From assembly GCA_965248445.1 (NCBI GenBank), contig CBDFJG010000003.1, forward strand, positions 416,001 to 480,000: a stretch of 64,000 nucleotides of DNA. The letters are read 5' to 3'. Origin of the DNA: Planctomycetota bacterium (GTDB taxonomy: Bacteria; Planctomycetota; JAJSAM01; JAJVHW01). The translations under genes were made by a program, and so were the position numbers. How positions within the stretch are numbered: position 1 is the first letter of the stretch; every line of letters starts with the position of its first letter. This document shows, piece by piece, positions 41,691 to 52,286 of the stretch. The notes beneath the pieces are model-generated. The model searched no databases, was not told where the DNA came from, and saw nothing but the letters and a program-made list of their open reading frames with translations.

Positions 41691-41728
41691 GGGCCCTGGG
41701 GGCTGATTTTGAAGGACTTACGGAATTC

Positions 41729-42054
41729 GTACCCGTTCAGCCCTTGGTTCTGAGCTCGGATCCAGATCGCTTCCCGTTCGGTCGATGCATCGGATGTGGG
41801 CACCGATGAGCCGCGAGATCTGGTCGAGCGCCTGACCCGTCGTCTGGACGCTCAGGACGAGACGATCGCCGAGCAGGCCGAGGTGATCGATCGGCCAACT
41901 CTCGCTCGAGATGGTCTACGCGTCCAACGAGCCCTTGAACCAGCTCCCGCAGGTCATCTGCACCGCCCACATGGTCTTCATCGTCCTGCCGTCCATCGAT
42001 CTGGATCCTGCCTCAGCGGCAATAGCTGAAAAGGTACGCCCCGTGAACGGGTAC
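41729..42054. mobile_element. Two IS66 (ISBst12-like) left ends fused head-on
   Basis: + strand: GTACCCGTTCAG... coding MGTDE.RDLVERL, near identical to the 52286 end; - strand: GTACCCGTTCAC... coding MGGADDLRELVQGL. Confidence 0.85.
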
Positions 42055-42206
42055 CCTTCACGGTGCAAGGCCACGCGGATGAGAGAGCCGCGGGCGCCGC
42101 GAAGTCTGAGAGGAGGAAGACGGTGCGCCGCCGTCGAGGAATAGCAGGTGTCCGCCCGCACCGCGGGGTGACCAACAAGCGGATCAGCCGCGCCAAGAAG
42201 GCTGCC

Positions 42207-42743
42207 GTGAGACTCGCGGTGGCCTTTGGTCTTCTGTGGATCGCCACGTCAGGGGCAACGGCACAGGACGCACGCGTCGAGAAGGCCGTGCAGCTGGCCA
42301 CGCACCAGGGCGGCTACCACGTCAAGCTGCGCGCGCTGGCTGAGCTTGCGGAGATCGACACGCGACAGTCACGCGAAGCGATGGTCGCGCTCGCCGACTC
42401 CTCTGATGAGCGCACGTCGATCGTGGCGCTCACCTCCCTCGCCCGCGCGGACTTCCCCGCAGCGCGGACCCACCTGCGCGAGGTCTTCGAGGACCGCCGC
42501 CGCAGCAAGGGCATTCGCTCGGCCGCCCTGGGCGGGCTCCTCAAGCAACTCCGCGAGAGCGGAGAGGACCACGAGACGGTGGCGGCCTATGTAGCGCTCA
42601 AGGCCGGCGACTCAGAAGCCCTCACAGGCATGGCCTCGGCCGTCAGCGCGCGGCTCTGGGAGGAGGTTGCCCAAGACCCCGAAGTAGCTGACCCCGCCGA
42701 GCCCACGACCGACGACGCCGGCGCCGCGAAGGAAGGGGAGTAG
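42207..42743 (+). CDS. Secreted short HEAT-repeat protein
   Basis: Signal-like VRLAVAFGLLWIATSGATAQD; HEAT-like helices; start uncertain. Confidence 0.65.
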   Translation: MRLAVAFGLLWIATSGATAQDARVEKAVQLATHQGGYHVKLRALAELAEIDTRQSREAMVALADSSDERTSIVALTSLARADFPAARTHLREVFEDRRRSKGIRSAALGGLLKQLRESGEDHETVAAYVALKAGDSEALTGMASAVSARLWEEVAQDPEVADPAEPTTDDAGAAKEGE

Positions 42744-42771
42744 CCTGACCAACGCGAGCAACACCGCCAAG

Positions 42772-45700
42772 TTGACCTCCCTGCTGGCCACTGCGCTGCT
42801 CCTCTTCCTCGCGCCGCTGGCCATGGCGACGGACACCGACGGCGACGGTCTGTCGGACATGTTCGAGGGCATGATCGGGACGAACCCCGACCAGGCCGAC
42901 ACCGACGGCGACAACCTCGACGACTACGAAGAGGTCTACGAGATCGGCACCGACCCGAACCTCACGGACTCCGACGGGGACGCGACGCAGGACGACACCG
43001 ACACGTATCCGTTGCTGCTCTCGTCCGGTGACCACGACGGCGTGAGCACCGTGATGTTCAACACGCCCGACACCGGCAACAACGAAGCCCCCTCAGGCGA
43101 GAGCCCGCAAGACGGCTTCGGGGTCATGATGCACAACGGCGAGCTGATTTTCTCGTCGGGTGCCGGCGGTGCCAAGGGCGTCGGCATGCCGTTCGGGATG
43201 TCCATGATCTACCGCTCGCAGTCCGACTACGACGGCGCGCTCGGCATGAACTGGTTCTGGATCGGCTTCCTGTCGTTCACCGACAACGGGACCACCGGCT
43301 CGATGAACTGGATCAACGGCACGACACTCACGTTCACCGAATCAGGAGGCACCTGGACGCACGACGACGACGGCTGGCTCGGCACTCTGGAGGAGACGTC
43401 TCCGGACTCGGGCGACTTCACGTACACGCTTCCGAACGGCCTCGAGTTCCTGTTCACGATCGCCGGCAAGATCGACACGATCACCGATCGCTTCGGCAAC
43501 GCCCTCGCGTTCACGCACAACGGATCGGGGCAGCTCACGTCGGCCACCGACACGCGTGGTGAGTCGCACACGATCGCCTACTACTCCACCGGCCGCATCA
43601 AGTCGATCACCTACTCGGACAAACGCAAGTGGACGTTCATCTACAACGTCAACGCACAGCTTGCCCGCATCGAGGGACCGACGACCGCGAGCTTCCCGAA
43701 CGGGATCACCCAGGAGTTCCGCTACATCAACGGCTCGGCGATCTCGTCGCTCAACGATAATCTGACGGTCGCCATCGACGGCCGCGGCAACCACTGGCTG
43801 CACAACGAGTACGACACGTCGGACCGGGTAACGAAGCAGACTACGAACGGCTTCGCGTTCGAGCTCGACTACACGAACATCGGGTCGCAGAAGACGTCCG
43901 TTACCGACCGTGCCGGCAACGACCGTGACTGGGAGTGGGATGCGAGCAAGCTCACTAGGACCAAGCTCACGCAGTTCAGCAACCGCGACGTCCGCACGGG
44001 CGACCCCACGAGCTGGATCACCGAATGGACACACGACGCTGACGGATACCTGATCGAGGTCGAACTCCCGCGCGGCAACGGCACCGAGTACACGCTCAAC
44101 TCGGTCAAACTCCCGACGGAGATCCGCCGCAAGACCGACGTGGATGCCGCCAACCACACCTCCGACCTGGTGACGACGATCGCATACGACTCGGCGAAGT
44201 ACTACGGCAAGACGTCCGTCACAGATCCGCGCGGCAACGAGACCGAGTACATCCTGAACTCAAATGGTCAGCCGACGACGATCGAATTCCCCGACTCGAC
44301 CCACATCTCCCCGTCCCAGTCGATCAGCCACACCTTGACCTACAACTCGGACGGCACGCTGGCCAGCCGGACCGACGGCGAGAGCAAGAAGACGAGCTAC
44401 GTCTACTACACGAAGCCGGCCGCCAAGAAGGGCCGTGTCAACACTGTCGAGGTCGACGACGCCGTCGGGGGCCTCAATCTGGTCACGACGTACGACTACA
44501 CCGATTGGGGCGACGTCAAGGAGGTCACCGACCCCGAGGGCCACAAGACGACGTACACCGTCGAGGCCTACGGCAACGTCACCAAGATCACCTACCCCGC
44601 GTCGCTCGGCTACATCACGGAGTTCCAGCACGACGGCAACCTCAACGTCACCAAGAAGAAGGTCAAGAACATCGACGAGACCGGGACGTGGCAGAGCACG
44701 CCGAAGTCGTGGTGGGAGACCGACAACACGTACACCGAGATGGACAAGATCTCGACGGTCAACGAGGACATCGACGCGATGAACACGCGCGAGACGGTCT
44801 TCCTCTACGACGAGAACGACAACCTCGAGAGCGTCGAGGTCGGCTCCATCATCGTGACGTCCTACTACGACGAGCGCGACCTGCTCTTCCAGCGGATCGG
44901 CAACGAGGGCACCGGCACGGCGATCAACGCGGTGCACGAGTACACCTACGACGCCAACGGCAACCTCACGGACTACGAGGACCCGCGCAGCAAGGTCACG
45001 AACCACGAGTACGACCTGTTCGACCGCCGGGAGAAGACGATCAACGCGCTCGATCACTACGTGACGACGAGCTTCGACGAGGGTGGGAACGCCGTCGAGC
45101 GCAAGTGGTACGAGGAGGCCGGCACGACGGACACGCTGATGGCGCACGAGAAGCGCACGTACGATGAGCTGAACCGCTTCTACAAGGAAGAGGCGGCGCT
45201 GATCGACACCACGACGACGTGGAAGACGCGCACGCTCGAGCTCGACAAGCGCGGGCTCGTGACGAAGCGGACCGACCGTCGGAACAACGCGACGACGTTC
45301 CTCTACGACGGCGCCGGGCGCCGAATCAAGTCCACCGACGCCGAGGGCAATGAAGTCGAATCGGAGATTGACGACAACGGCAACGTCACAAAGATCACGG
45401 AGAAGGAGACCATCCCCGGCTCCGGCACGGAGTCGTTTGTGACGGAGTTCACCTACGACAAGGTCAACCGCCGCACGAAGCAGACGGTCATCGACCGCAA
45501 CCTCTCCACCAACAAGAAGATCACGGAGTGGAAGTGGAACAGCCGCAACGTGGTCGCCGAGACCGTCGATCCGATGACGTGGAAGACGACCTTCGTGCAC
45601 GACGGCTTGGGCCGCGTGACCAAGGAGACCCGCGACATGGCGGGATCCGACGACATCGTCACGGAGTGGACGATCGACGAGAACAGCAACATCACCCAGC

Positions 45701-47940
45701 TGAAGGACGACAATCTCAACACGACGGACTACGCCTACGACGCGCTCGGTCGCCTGACCACCAAGACGTACGACGACGCGGAGACCGCGACGTACGCGTA
45801 CGACGACACGAACAATCTGATCGACTTCACGGACCAGAACGGCACGCAGGTCGACTACGCGTACGACGATCTCAATCGTCTCACCGATCGAGATGCCACG
45901 CTCGGCACCGGTGTTGGCGGGGACGATACGGAGGACTTCGCGTACGACGCGCTGAACCGCCTCACCGAGGCGAAGGACGACGATTCGATCGTCCAGTACA
46001 CGTACGACTCACTCGGTCGTGTGCTGACCGAGAAGCAGGGACCGAACCCGCTCGGAACCGCCGGGATGACGGTGACGTTCACGTACGATGACGGAGGCAA
46101 TGCGACGAAGATTGCCTACCCCTCCGGATTCGAGGCGCGGCGGACGTTCGACGAGATCGGCCGCGTCACCGCTATCGACGACAAGTCGGATGCGGACGTT
46201 GCGGACTTCGATCTCTACGGGGCCGGTTCGCGGCGCAAGCAGGTGAGCTTTGCCAACGGGACCACGTCGACCTACACCTACGACGGGTTCCGCCGCCCGA
46301 CCGACATCGCGCACGAGGACTCGGGGAGCACGGAGTTCGCCGGCTTCGAGTACGGGTGGGACAAGAACGACAACCCGACCTACGAGGAGCGCAGTCACCA
46401 GTCGGACAAGGGCGATGCCTACGACTACGACCAGGCCAACCGCCTGATCGAAGTGCTCCAGGACGCGGATGATCCGACCAACGTGACCACGTATGGCGAC
46501 AAGGTCGAGTACAATCTCGACGACGTGCTGAACTTCAGCTCGGTCGTGACGACGCCGTACGGCCAGAGCGGTTCGACGGTCAACTACACGTCGAACGGGA
46601 TGAACGAGTACACCGACATCGGCGGCACGACACGGACGTTCGACGACAACGGGAACCTCGCCGACGACGGGACGTACGAGTACACGTACGACTGGCACAA
46701 CCACCTGATCAAGGTGGAGGACTCGGGGACCACCGACGTGGTTGCGGAGTACGACTACGACTGCGTGGGGCGCGGCCGGCGGATCGAGAAGGTCGTCGGG
46801 TCGGACACGACGCGGTTCGTGTACGCGGACCAGCAGTGCCTCGAGGAACTCGACGGGTCGGATAACCTGTTGCGGCTGTTCGTGTTCGGTGAGGCGCTCG
46901 ACGAGATCGTGATGATGGAGGCCGAGGACGTTGCGGATGTCGACAGTGACTCGAACACCACGGAGCTGAAGCGGTTCTACTACCACCAGCAGTTGATCGG
47001 GTCCGTCACGCACATCACGGATCCAGACGAGGTGGTGGTCGAAAGCTACGACTACGGGCCGTACGGGGAGTTCGTGATCTTCGACATCGGGAGTTCGGTG
47101 GTGTCCAACTCGCAGACCGGGAATCCGTTCCTATTCACTGGGCGGAGGCTCGATGAGGAGACGGGGATGTACTACTACCGCGCACGGCACTACGACCCGG
47201 AGAACGGGCGGTTCCTGCAGCGGGATCCGTTGGAGTACGTGGACGGACCGAACGCCCGAGGATATGTGCGGGGCCGTCCGGCCGCCGGGCGAGATCCGAC
47301 CGGGTTGAAGGAGAACGATCACTCCGGACTCGTCGGCGAATCACTTGGGACGGTGAGTTCACCGACATTCAACTCGCCGCAGCGGCCGGTGCCGGGGTGC
47401 AGGCCTGGCGGAGTGGACCCGACCATTGAGCGGATCAAGAGCATCACGAAGCAGCCGGGTACGGACTACACGGTGGAGGAGAACGAGGAGAGCGAGTACA
47501 ACGAGGACGGTTCCATTACTCGGTGGTGGGATGAGGTCGTGTACGCCAAGTTCAAGGTGGTGACGGAGTATGTACGCGTCGAGCACTACATCCCTGTCGA
47601 CGATATCGACCGATGGGACATCGCCACGTGGGCTTCGGCCCTTGCCGCGGTAGCCGGCGATCCGGTCAGTGGGGTCGCCGCCGTTGGGTACTCCGTTACG
47701 GGTGCTGTGATGGAGGACGGCAATGTAACCCGGGAGGTCGTTTGGCCTGGGCGCACGTTCTACGTGACGCTCGAGGTCTCCCGAATCGGTAAATCAGAGA
47801 CAACCCGCATGGTTGCCAGCACTCCAGGCGGGGGCAGCAAGCCGGAGCCCAAGGATTACAGTTGGCCTCCGGCCATCACACCGGGCGGAGGGATCGACGT
47901 CCCAGATCCCACCGAAGGCGGCGGAGGCAGGCAGAAGTAG
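42772..47940 (+). CDS. Secreted RHS/YD-repeat protein with N-terminal Ca-binding DxDGD repeats and a ~210-aa variable C-terminal domain
   Basis: Signal peptide; DTDGDGLSD..GTNP..DTDGD; YD repeats; core FTGRRLDEETGMYYYRARHYDP..GRFLQRDP; PxxxxDPTGL cleavage motif; start may be CTG 42745. Confidence 0.92.
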   Translation: MTSLLATALLLFLAPLAMATDTDGDGLSDMFEGMIGTNPDQADTDGDNLDDYEEVYEIGTDPNLTDSDGDATQDDTDTYPLLLSSGDHDGVSTVMFNTPDTGNNEAPSGESPQDGFGVMMHNGELIFSSGAGGAKGVGMPFGMSMIYRSQSDYDGALGMNWFWIGFLSFTDNGTTGSMNWINGTTLTFTESGGTWTHDDDGWLGTLEETSPDSGDFTYTLPNGLEFLFTIAGKIDTITDRFGNALAFTHNGSGQLTSATDTRGESHTIAYYSTGRIKSITYSDKRKWTFIYNVNAQLARIEGPTTASFPNGITQEFRYINGSAISSLNDNLTVAIDGRGNHWLHNEYDTSDRVTKQTTNGFAFELDYTNIGSQKTSVTDRAGNDRDWEWDASKLTRTKLTQFSNRDVRTGDPTSWITEWTHDADGYLIEVELPRGNGTEYTLNSVKLPTEIRRKTDVDAANHTSDLVTTIAYDSAKYYGKTSVTDPRGNETEYILNSNGQPTTIEFPDSTHISPSQSISHTLTYNSDGTLASRTDGESKKTSYVYYTKPAAKKGRVNTVEVDDAVGGLNLVTTYDYTDWGDVKEVTDPEGHKTTYTVEAYGNVTKITYPASLGYITEFQHDGNLNVTKKKVKNIDETGTWQSTPKSWWETDNTYTEMDKISTVNEDIDAMNTRETVFLYDENDNLESVEVGSIIVTSYYDERDLLFQRIGNEGTGTAINAVHEYTYDANGNLTDYEDPRSKVTNHEYDLFDRREKTINALDHYVTTSFDEGGNAVERKWYEEAGTTDTLMAHEKRTYDELNRFYKEEAALIDTTTTWKTRTLELDKRGLVTKRTDRRNNATTFLYDGAGRRIKSTDAEGNEVESEIDDNGNVTKITEKETIPGSGTESFVTEFTYDKVNRRTKQTVIDRNLSTNKKITEWKWNSRNVVAETVDPMTWKTTFVHDGLGRVTKETRDMAGSDDIVTEWTIDENSNITQLKDDNLNTTDYAYDALGRLTTKTYDDAETATYAYDDTNNLIDFTDQNGTQVDYAYDDLNRLTDRDATLGTGVGGDDTEDFAYDALNRLTEAKDDDSIVQYTYDSLGRVLTEKQGPNPLGTAGMTVTFTYDDGGNATKIAYPSGFEARRTFDEIGRVTAIDDKSDADVADFDLYGAGSRRKQVSFANGTTSTYTYDGFRRPTDIAHEDSGSTEFAGFEYGWDKNDNPTYEERSHQSDKGDAYDYDQANRLIEVLQDADDPTNVTTYGDKVEYNLDDVLNFSSVVTTPYGQSGSTVNYTSNGMNEYTDIGGTTRTFDDNGNLADDGTYEYTYDWHNHLIKVEDSGTTDVVAEYDYDCVGRGRRIEKVVGSDTTRFVYADQQCLEELDGSDNLLRLFVFGEALDEIVMMEAEDVADVDSDSNTTELKRFYYHQQLIGSVTHITDPDEVVVESYDYGPYGEFVIFDIGSSVVSNSQTGNPFLFTGRRLDEETGMYYYRARHYDPENGRFLQRDPLEYVDGPNARGYVRGRPAAGRDPTGLKENDHSGLVGESLGTVSSPTFNSPQRPVPGCRPGGVDPTIERIKSITKQPGTDYTVEENEESEYNEDGSITRWWDEVVYAKFKVVTEYVRVEHYIPVDDIDRWDIATWASALAAVAGDPVSGVAAVGYSVTGAVMEDGNVTREVVWPGRTFYVTLEVSRIGKSETTRMVASTPGGGSKPEPKDYSWPPAITPGGGIDVPDPTEGGGGRQK

Positions 47941-47967
47941 GAGGCCCTTCAGCGGGAGGTGCGGGAC

Positions 47968-48807
47968 ATGCGCAAGAGAATGTGGTGGTGCGCAGCGGCG
48001 GTGGCGCTCGTGGGGTTCGCTGCCGCCGCGCTGTGGGTTCGCGGCGCAAGAGGCCCGACGGGGGACGTGTCAATTCCACTTGGCCACGGGCAGCAGCTGG
48101 TCGCCGTCAACATCGACGCAGGACGCCTGCAGGTTCAGGCACGAACCCTGTTTCAGGGATACTCGCTGGAGAACAGCGCTCCGTACTTGATCGGCGTGAA
48201 CGAAATCACCGTCGGTCAATGGAACGCCGTGATGCACGATGTCGATACACCTCGATCGGCCCGCGACCTCCCCAAGTCGGACTTGAGCTATCTGGATTGC
48301 ATGGAATTCGTCGACAAGCTCAACGGGCTGATTGGCCCGGAGTGGCTGGTCACGTTGCCAACGGAGATTCAGTGGGAATACGCTTGCCGCGCAGGCGAGT
48401 CCGTCGATTTGACGCACGAAGACGAGGGATTTGACGCGAGGGTCTGGCACCGAGACAACTGCGGATCCAGCACAACACCACCGTGGGGCACGAGGCCCTT
48501 GCCGGGTCGAGCAGTTCGATACGGCGTCGAAGTGCAGCCGGTCTGCTCGAAGGAGGCGAATGCCTGGGGCCTGCACGACATGCTCGGGAACGTCGCCGAG
48601 TGGTGCATGCTCGATGATACGTGGGAGTCGTCGTCCGTCCTCCCGCCGAGCCCGTATGCTGCGACGTCGACGGGCGAGGGGGGCGCGCTCAGGGGCGACA
48701 GCGTCGGGAGCGATCCCCGGGGGGTATCTCCGCGGAGTCGTGCCGTCGTGAACTCCTCCGTGCCCACGCCGAACGGTGGTTTCCGAGTGGTGCTGACGGC
48801 GCGCTAA
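47968..48807 (+). CDS. Membrane-anchored/secreted FGE-sulfatase (SUMF1) domain protein
   Basis: EITVGQW, LPTEIQWEYACRAG, NAWGLHDMLGNVAEW, GFRVV. Confidence 0.9.
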   Translation: MRKRMWWCAAAVALVGFAAAALWVRGARGPTGDVSIPLGHGQQLVAVNIDAGRLQVQARTLFQGYSLENSAPYLIGVNEITVGQWNAVMHDVDTPRSARDLPKSDLSYLDCMEFVDKLNGLIGPEWLVTLPTEIQWEYACRAGESVDLTHEDEGFDARVWHRDNCGSSTTPPWGTRPLPGRAVRYGVEVQPVCSKEANAWGLHDMLGNVAEWCMLDDTWESSSVLPPSPYAATSTGEGGALRGDSVGSDPRGVSPRSRAVVNSSVPTPNGGFRVVLTAR

Positions 48808-48949
48808 GGCGTTGGTGCACGGATCGAAGCTCGCCAACGGTGCCCCAGCGGGCGACGACCTCTACACGCCGACCGCGTCGGACGCGGGCCGGGCGAATCC
48901 GATCATCCTGTTGAGGATGTTGCACGCGAGGAGCGCCTCCACTTCCTGC
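48808..48949 (-). mobile_element. IS5/IS903-group right end with transposase C-terminus
   Basis: 21-bp end identical to 33803; the minus strand reads QEVEALLACNILNRMIGFARPASDAVGV*. Confidence 0.8.
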
Positions 48950-50754
48950 GTAACCGTTCACCCCTTGACAGCGTGTGAGCCTCAGCGTGCGAGGGGCAGC
49001 GGGACCATGACGGGCGGGTCGGCGCCGGTGAGGTGCGCGGCGACCGAGTCGGCGAGGAAGTCGAAGACTTGGTCGCCACGGCGTCGCAGCGTGGCCGCGG
49101 CGGTCAACACGCGCTCGGCGAAGCGGAGTCCGCGAGCGGACTGGCTTCCGAAGGAGCCCTTGCGCCAGAGCACCGCTTTGCGGACCGCGCGCTCGGCGGC
49201 GTTGTTGGTCGGACTCACGTCCTGGGTCCGCGCATAGGTGAAGAGGGCGACCACGCGGGGGCGCAGATGGTTGGCCAGAGCCGAGTCGTCGTTCGCGATC
49301 AGTCGCTCGAGCCGTCCGCGCAGCACAGCGGCTTCGCCTTGCAGCCGGTCACGGTCGCCGTGCTCACCGAAGAGCCGGTAGCTGCGCATGACCGACTGCG
49401 CGATCATGACGCCCTTGTTGCCGAAGCGGCGATGTCCTCGCGGGCCTTCGGCCAGCGCACGGAAGGCGCGCTCGATGTGCGCCCAGCAGAGCTGGCGGCG
49501 GGCAAGTGGGTGTGACTCGTAGGCACCCATCCGGTCGCTGATCACCGTGCCACCGAAGCGCCGCCCGATCAGCCGCCCTTTCGCCTTGGCACTGCGGCGG
49601 CGATCGATCCCGAAGGCTGTGGCGTGCTCGCTCTCCGCCGCCCACAGCCAGCACACCCGGCCCCGTTCCTTCCACGACGTCTCGTCCACGTTGGCTCGCA
49701 GCGACGTGCGGACTGCCCCGAGGGCTTCGAGGTACGACGAGTGCAGAGCGTCACTGAGCCGACGCTCACAGTCGCTGATCTTGCCCAGCGACATCTTCAC
49801 ACCGAAGATCTCACCGAGCAGCCGCTGCGTCTCCCGCACGCTCACGCGGTACACGCCGCGCAGCGCGCCGGCAAGTGTGGTCAGCCGCGGACCGAAGGCC
49901 CCGGTCGGCACGCCATCGGGCAGGACCGCCGTCGTGACCGCACGACAGCGCCGGCACCGCGCCTTGTGCAGCCGGTGCTCCCGCACCGTGACGAGCAGGT
50001 AGCGTCCCACGAAGTGTGTAAATGCCGCGGGCCGGCGTCACCGCCGGCCGGGGCTCCGACAGACGGTCTGTCGGAGTCATCGGCTGCGATCTGTGAGTCA
50101 AACCCAGACCACAGGAGGCAGACCGATGACGCAGGAGATCGTGCGCGACGAGGGGACACTTGCCAAGGTGCTGGGGGGCCCGGAGGGGGACTTCTTGCGG
50201 GAGGCGCTCACGCGCTTCGTCCACGAGCTGATGGAGGCCGAGGCGACAGCCCGAGCCGGAGCGGAGCCGTACGAGCGCAGCGAGCTCAGGCGCGCGTACC
50301 GCAACGGACACCGGGGACGGCAGTGGCTCACGCGGCTCGGTGAGATCGCGCTGCAGGTCCCCCGGCTGCGTGACGCCAGCTACTTCCCGAGCTTCCTCGA
50401 GGCGCGCAAGCGCGGCGAGCGGGCGCTGGTGTCGGTGGTCCAGGAGGCCTACGTGCTGGGGCTCAGCACGCGCAAGGTGGACGAGCTCGTCGAGGTGATG
50501 GGCGGCACCGGCGTGTCCAAGAGCACCGTGAGCCGGCTCTGCAAGGAGCTCGACCAGGAGGCGGCCGCCTTCCGCGAGCGCCCGCTTGAGGGCGCGGTGC
50601 CCTACCTGTGGCTCGACGCCGTGTACGAGAAGGTCAGGGAAGGCGGCCACGTGATCTCGATGGCGGTCGTGCTGGCGATCGGCGTCGCCCAGGACGGCAC
50701 GCGCAGCGTGATCGGCGTGGACGTGGGCCACACCGAGGACGAGGCCTTCTGGAC

Positions 50755-52286
50755 GTACCCGTTCAGGGTATGACGATCCGCGGCCTCAGCGCGTGATCGG
50801 GAGCGCGACGAGAGCCGGCGGCGAGCGGTTGTGCGCGAGTGCCGCGCTGACGTCTGCGAGGTAATCGAAGACGCTCTCGCCACGCTGGCGGAGCGTGGCG
50901 GTGACGGTCAGGATGCGCTCGACGAAGCGGAGTCCGCGCTCGCTCTGACTTCCGTGCGTTGCGCGTCTCCACAGGACCGGCTTGCGCACCGCGCGCTCAG
51001 CGGCGTTGTTCGTCGGGGAGACGCCAGGGACGTCGGCGAAGGTCCACAGAGCCTCCGCTCGGTCGAGCAGATGCCGAGTCGTTCCGCGTACTCGGCGGTG
51101 CTTGCTGTCTGCGCCGCGCACGAGCAGCGTCAGGAGTCGGTCCCATGTGAGACGCAGCTCACGCCGCATGCGGTCGCGGTCCCCGTGCTCGCCGAAGTGA
51201 CGCTGAGCTCGCATGACAGCCTGGGCGAGACGCACGGCCTGCTTGCCGAAGCGCCGGCCGCCGCGCGAGCCCTCGGCCAGCGCTCGAAAGTCCCTCTCGA
51301 GATGCGCCCAGCAGATCTGGCGGCGCTCGGTGGGATGCTGGTCGTAAGCGCCCATACGGTCGGTCACGAGGACGCCCCTGAAGCGCTTGCCCACGAGTCG
51401 CCGCATGGCCTTGGCGCTCCTGCGCCGATCGATACGATGGACCGTGGCGTGCTCACAGACCGCGCTCCACAGCCAATGCAGCGTGCCACGACGCGACCAC
51501 GGTGTCTCGTCTACATAGGCGACGCTGCTCGTGCGTACGGCCCCGAGGGCCTCGATGTGCGCTGAGGAGATGGCTCCCGACACCCGCTCCTCGATCGCAC
51601 TGACCGTGCCCGGTGACATCGAGACGCCGATGACGTCACGCAACAGACGACTGGTCTCGCGCCGCGACAGGCGGAAGACGCCGACCAGAGCCGCGGTGAG
51701 CGCACAGAGTCGCGGGCCGAAGGGACTCGCCGTCACACCGCTTGGCAGCGAGGCAGTGGACGTGGCGCCACAGTCCGTGCACCGTGCCCGGTGCAACCGG
51801 TGCTCGGTCACCTGGATCAGCCGTGGCGGGACCTCGAAGACCTGCTGGCGTGTCGGGGCGCGATCGATCGGGACGAGCACGTCGCTCCCACACGCGCTGC
51901 ACTCGCGCGGGCGGTGGTCCTCTACGCCATCGACCTCGGACTCGTCCACGAGCTTGCGCGTCGCCCCTTTGTGGCCGGGCTGCGCACCCTGGCGCTTGTC
52001 CGACGGCGGCTTGCGCCGCCGCCGCTTCTTGGACCACGACGGATCCGAGGACGGTGGGCGCGAGGAGGTGCGGGAGTCCCGGCGAAGACGGCTCTCGAGA
52101 TCGTCGATCCGTGCCGCCTGCCGCTCGATCACCTCCGCCTGCTCGGCAATCGTCTCGTCCCGAGCGTCCAGACGACGGGTCAGGCGCTCGACCAGATCAC
52201 GCAGCTCATCGGTGCCCACATCCGATTCATCGACCGAACGGAAAGCGATCTGGATCCGAGCTCAGAACCAAGGGCTGAACGGGTAC
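50755..52286 (-). mobile_element. Inner IS66 (ISBst12-like) element, apparently intact, 1532 bp
   Basis: IRs GTACCCGTTCAG; 8-bp TSD TTCTGGAC at 50747-54 and 52287-94. Confidence 0.95.
50786..52219 (-). CDS. IS66-family transposase
   Basis: Coiled coil, SSRPPSSD, Zn-finger CxxC pairs, DET, TDRMGAY, CWAH, TNNAAER. Confidence 0.93.
   Translation of the reverse strand: MGTDELRDLVERLTRRLDARDETIAEQAEVIERQAARIDDLESRLRRDSRTSSRPPSSDPSWSKKRRRRKPPSDKRQGAQPGHKGATRKLVDESEVDGVEDHRPRECSACGSDVLVPIDRAPTRQQVFEVPPRLIQVTEHRLHRARCTDCGATSTASLPSGVTASPFGPRLCALTAALVGVFRLSRRETSRLLRDVIGVSMSPGTVSAIEERVSGAISSAHIEALGAVRTSSVAYVDETPWSRRGTLHWLWSAVCEHATVHRIDRRRSAKAMRRLVGKRFRGVLVTDRMGAYDQHPTERRQICWAHLERDFRALAEGSRGGRRFGKQAVRLAQAVMRAQRHFGEHGDRDRMRRELRLTWDRLLTLLVRGADSKHRRVRGTTRHLLDRAEALWTFADVPGVSPTNNAAERAVRKPVLWRRATHGSQSERGLRFVERILTVTATLRQRGESVFDYLADVSAALAHNRSPPALVALPITR

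Noticed and set aside
47968..48807. FGE/CLec protein as a diversity-generating retroelement target
   Set aside because: No reverse transcriptase and no template-repeat copy of its 3' end in the window.
20227..48830. Repeats A and B as a CRISPR array or classical integron attC sites
   Set aside because: Spacing is kilobase-scale and irregular, no cas gene or tyrosine integrase is present, and no consistent RYYYAAC...GTTRRRY attC structure was seen.
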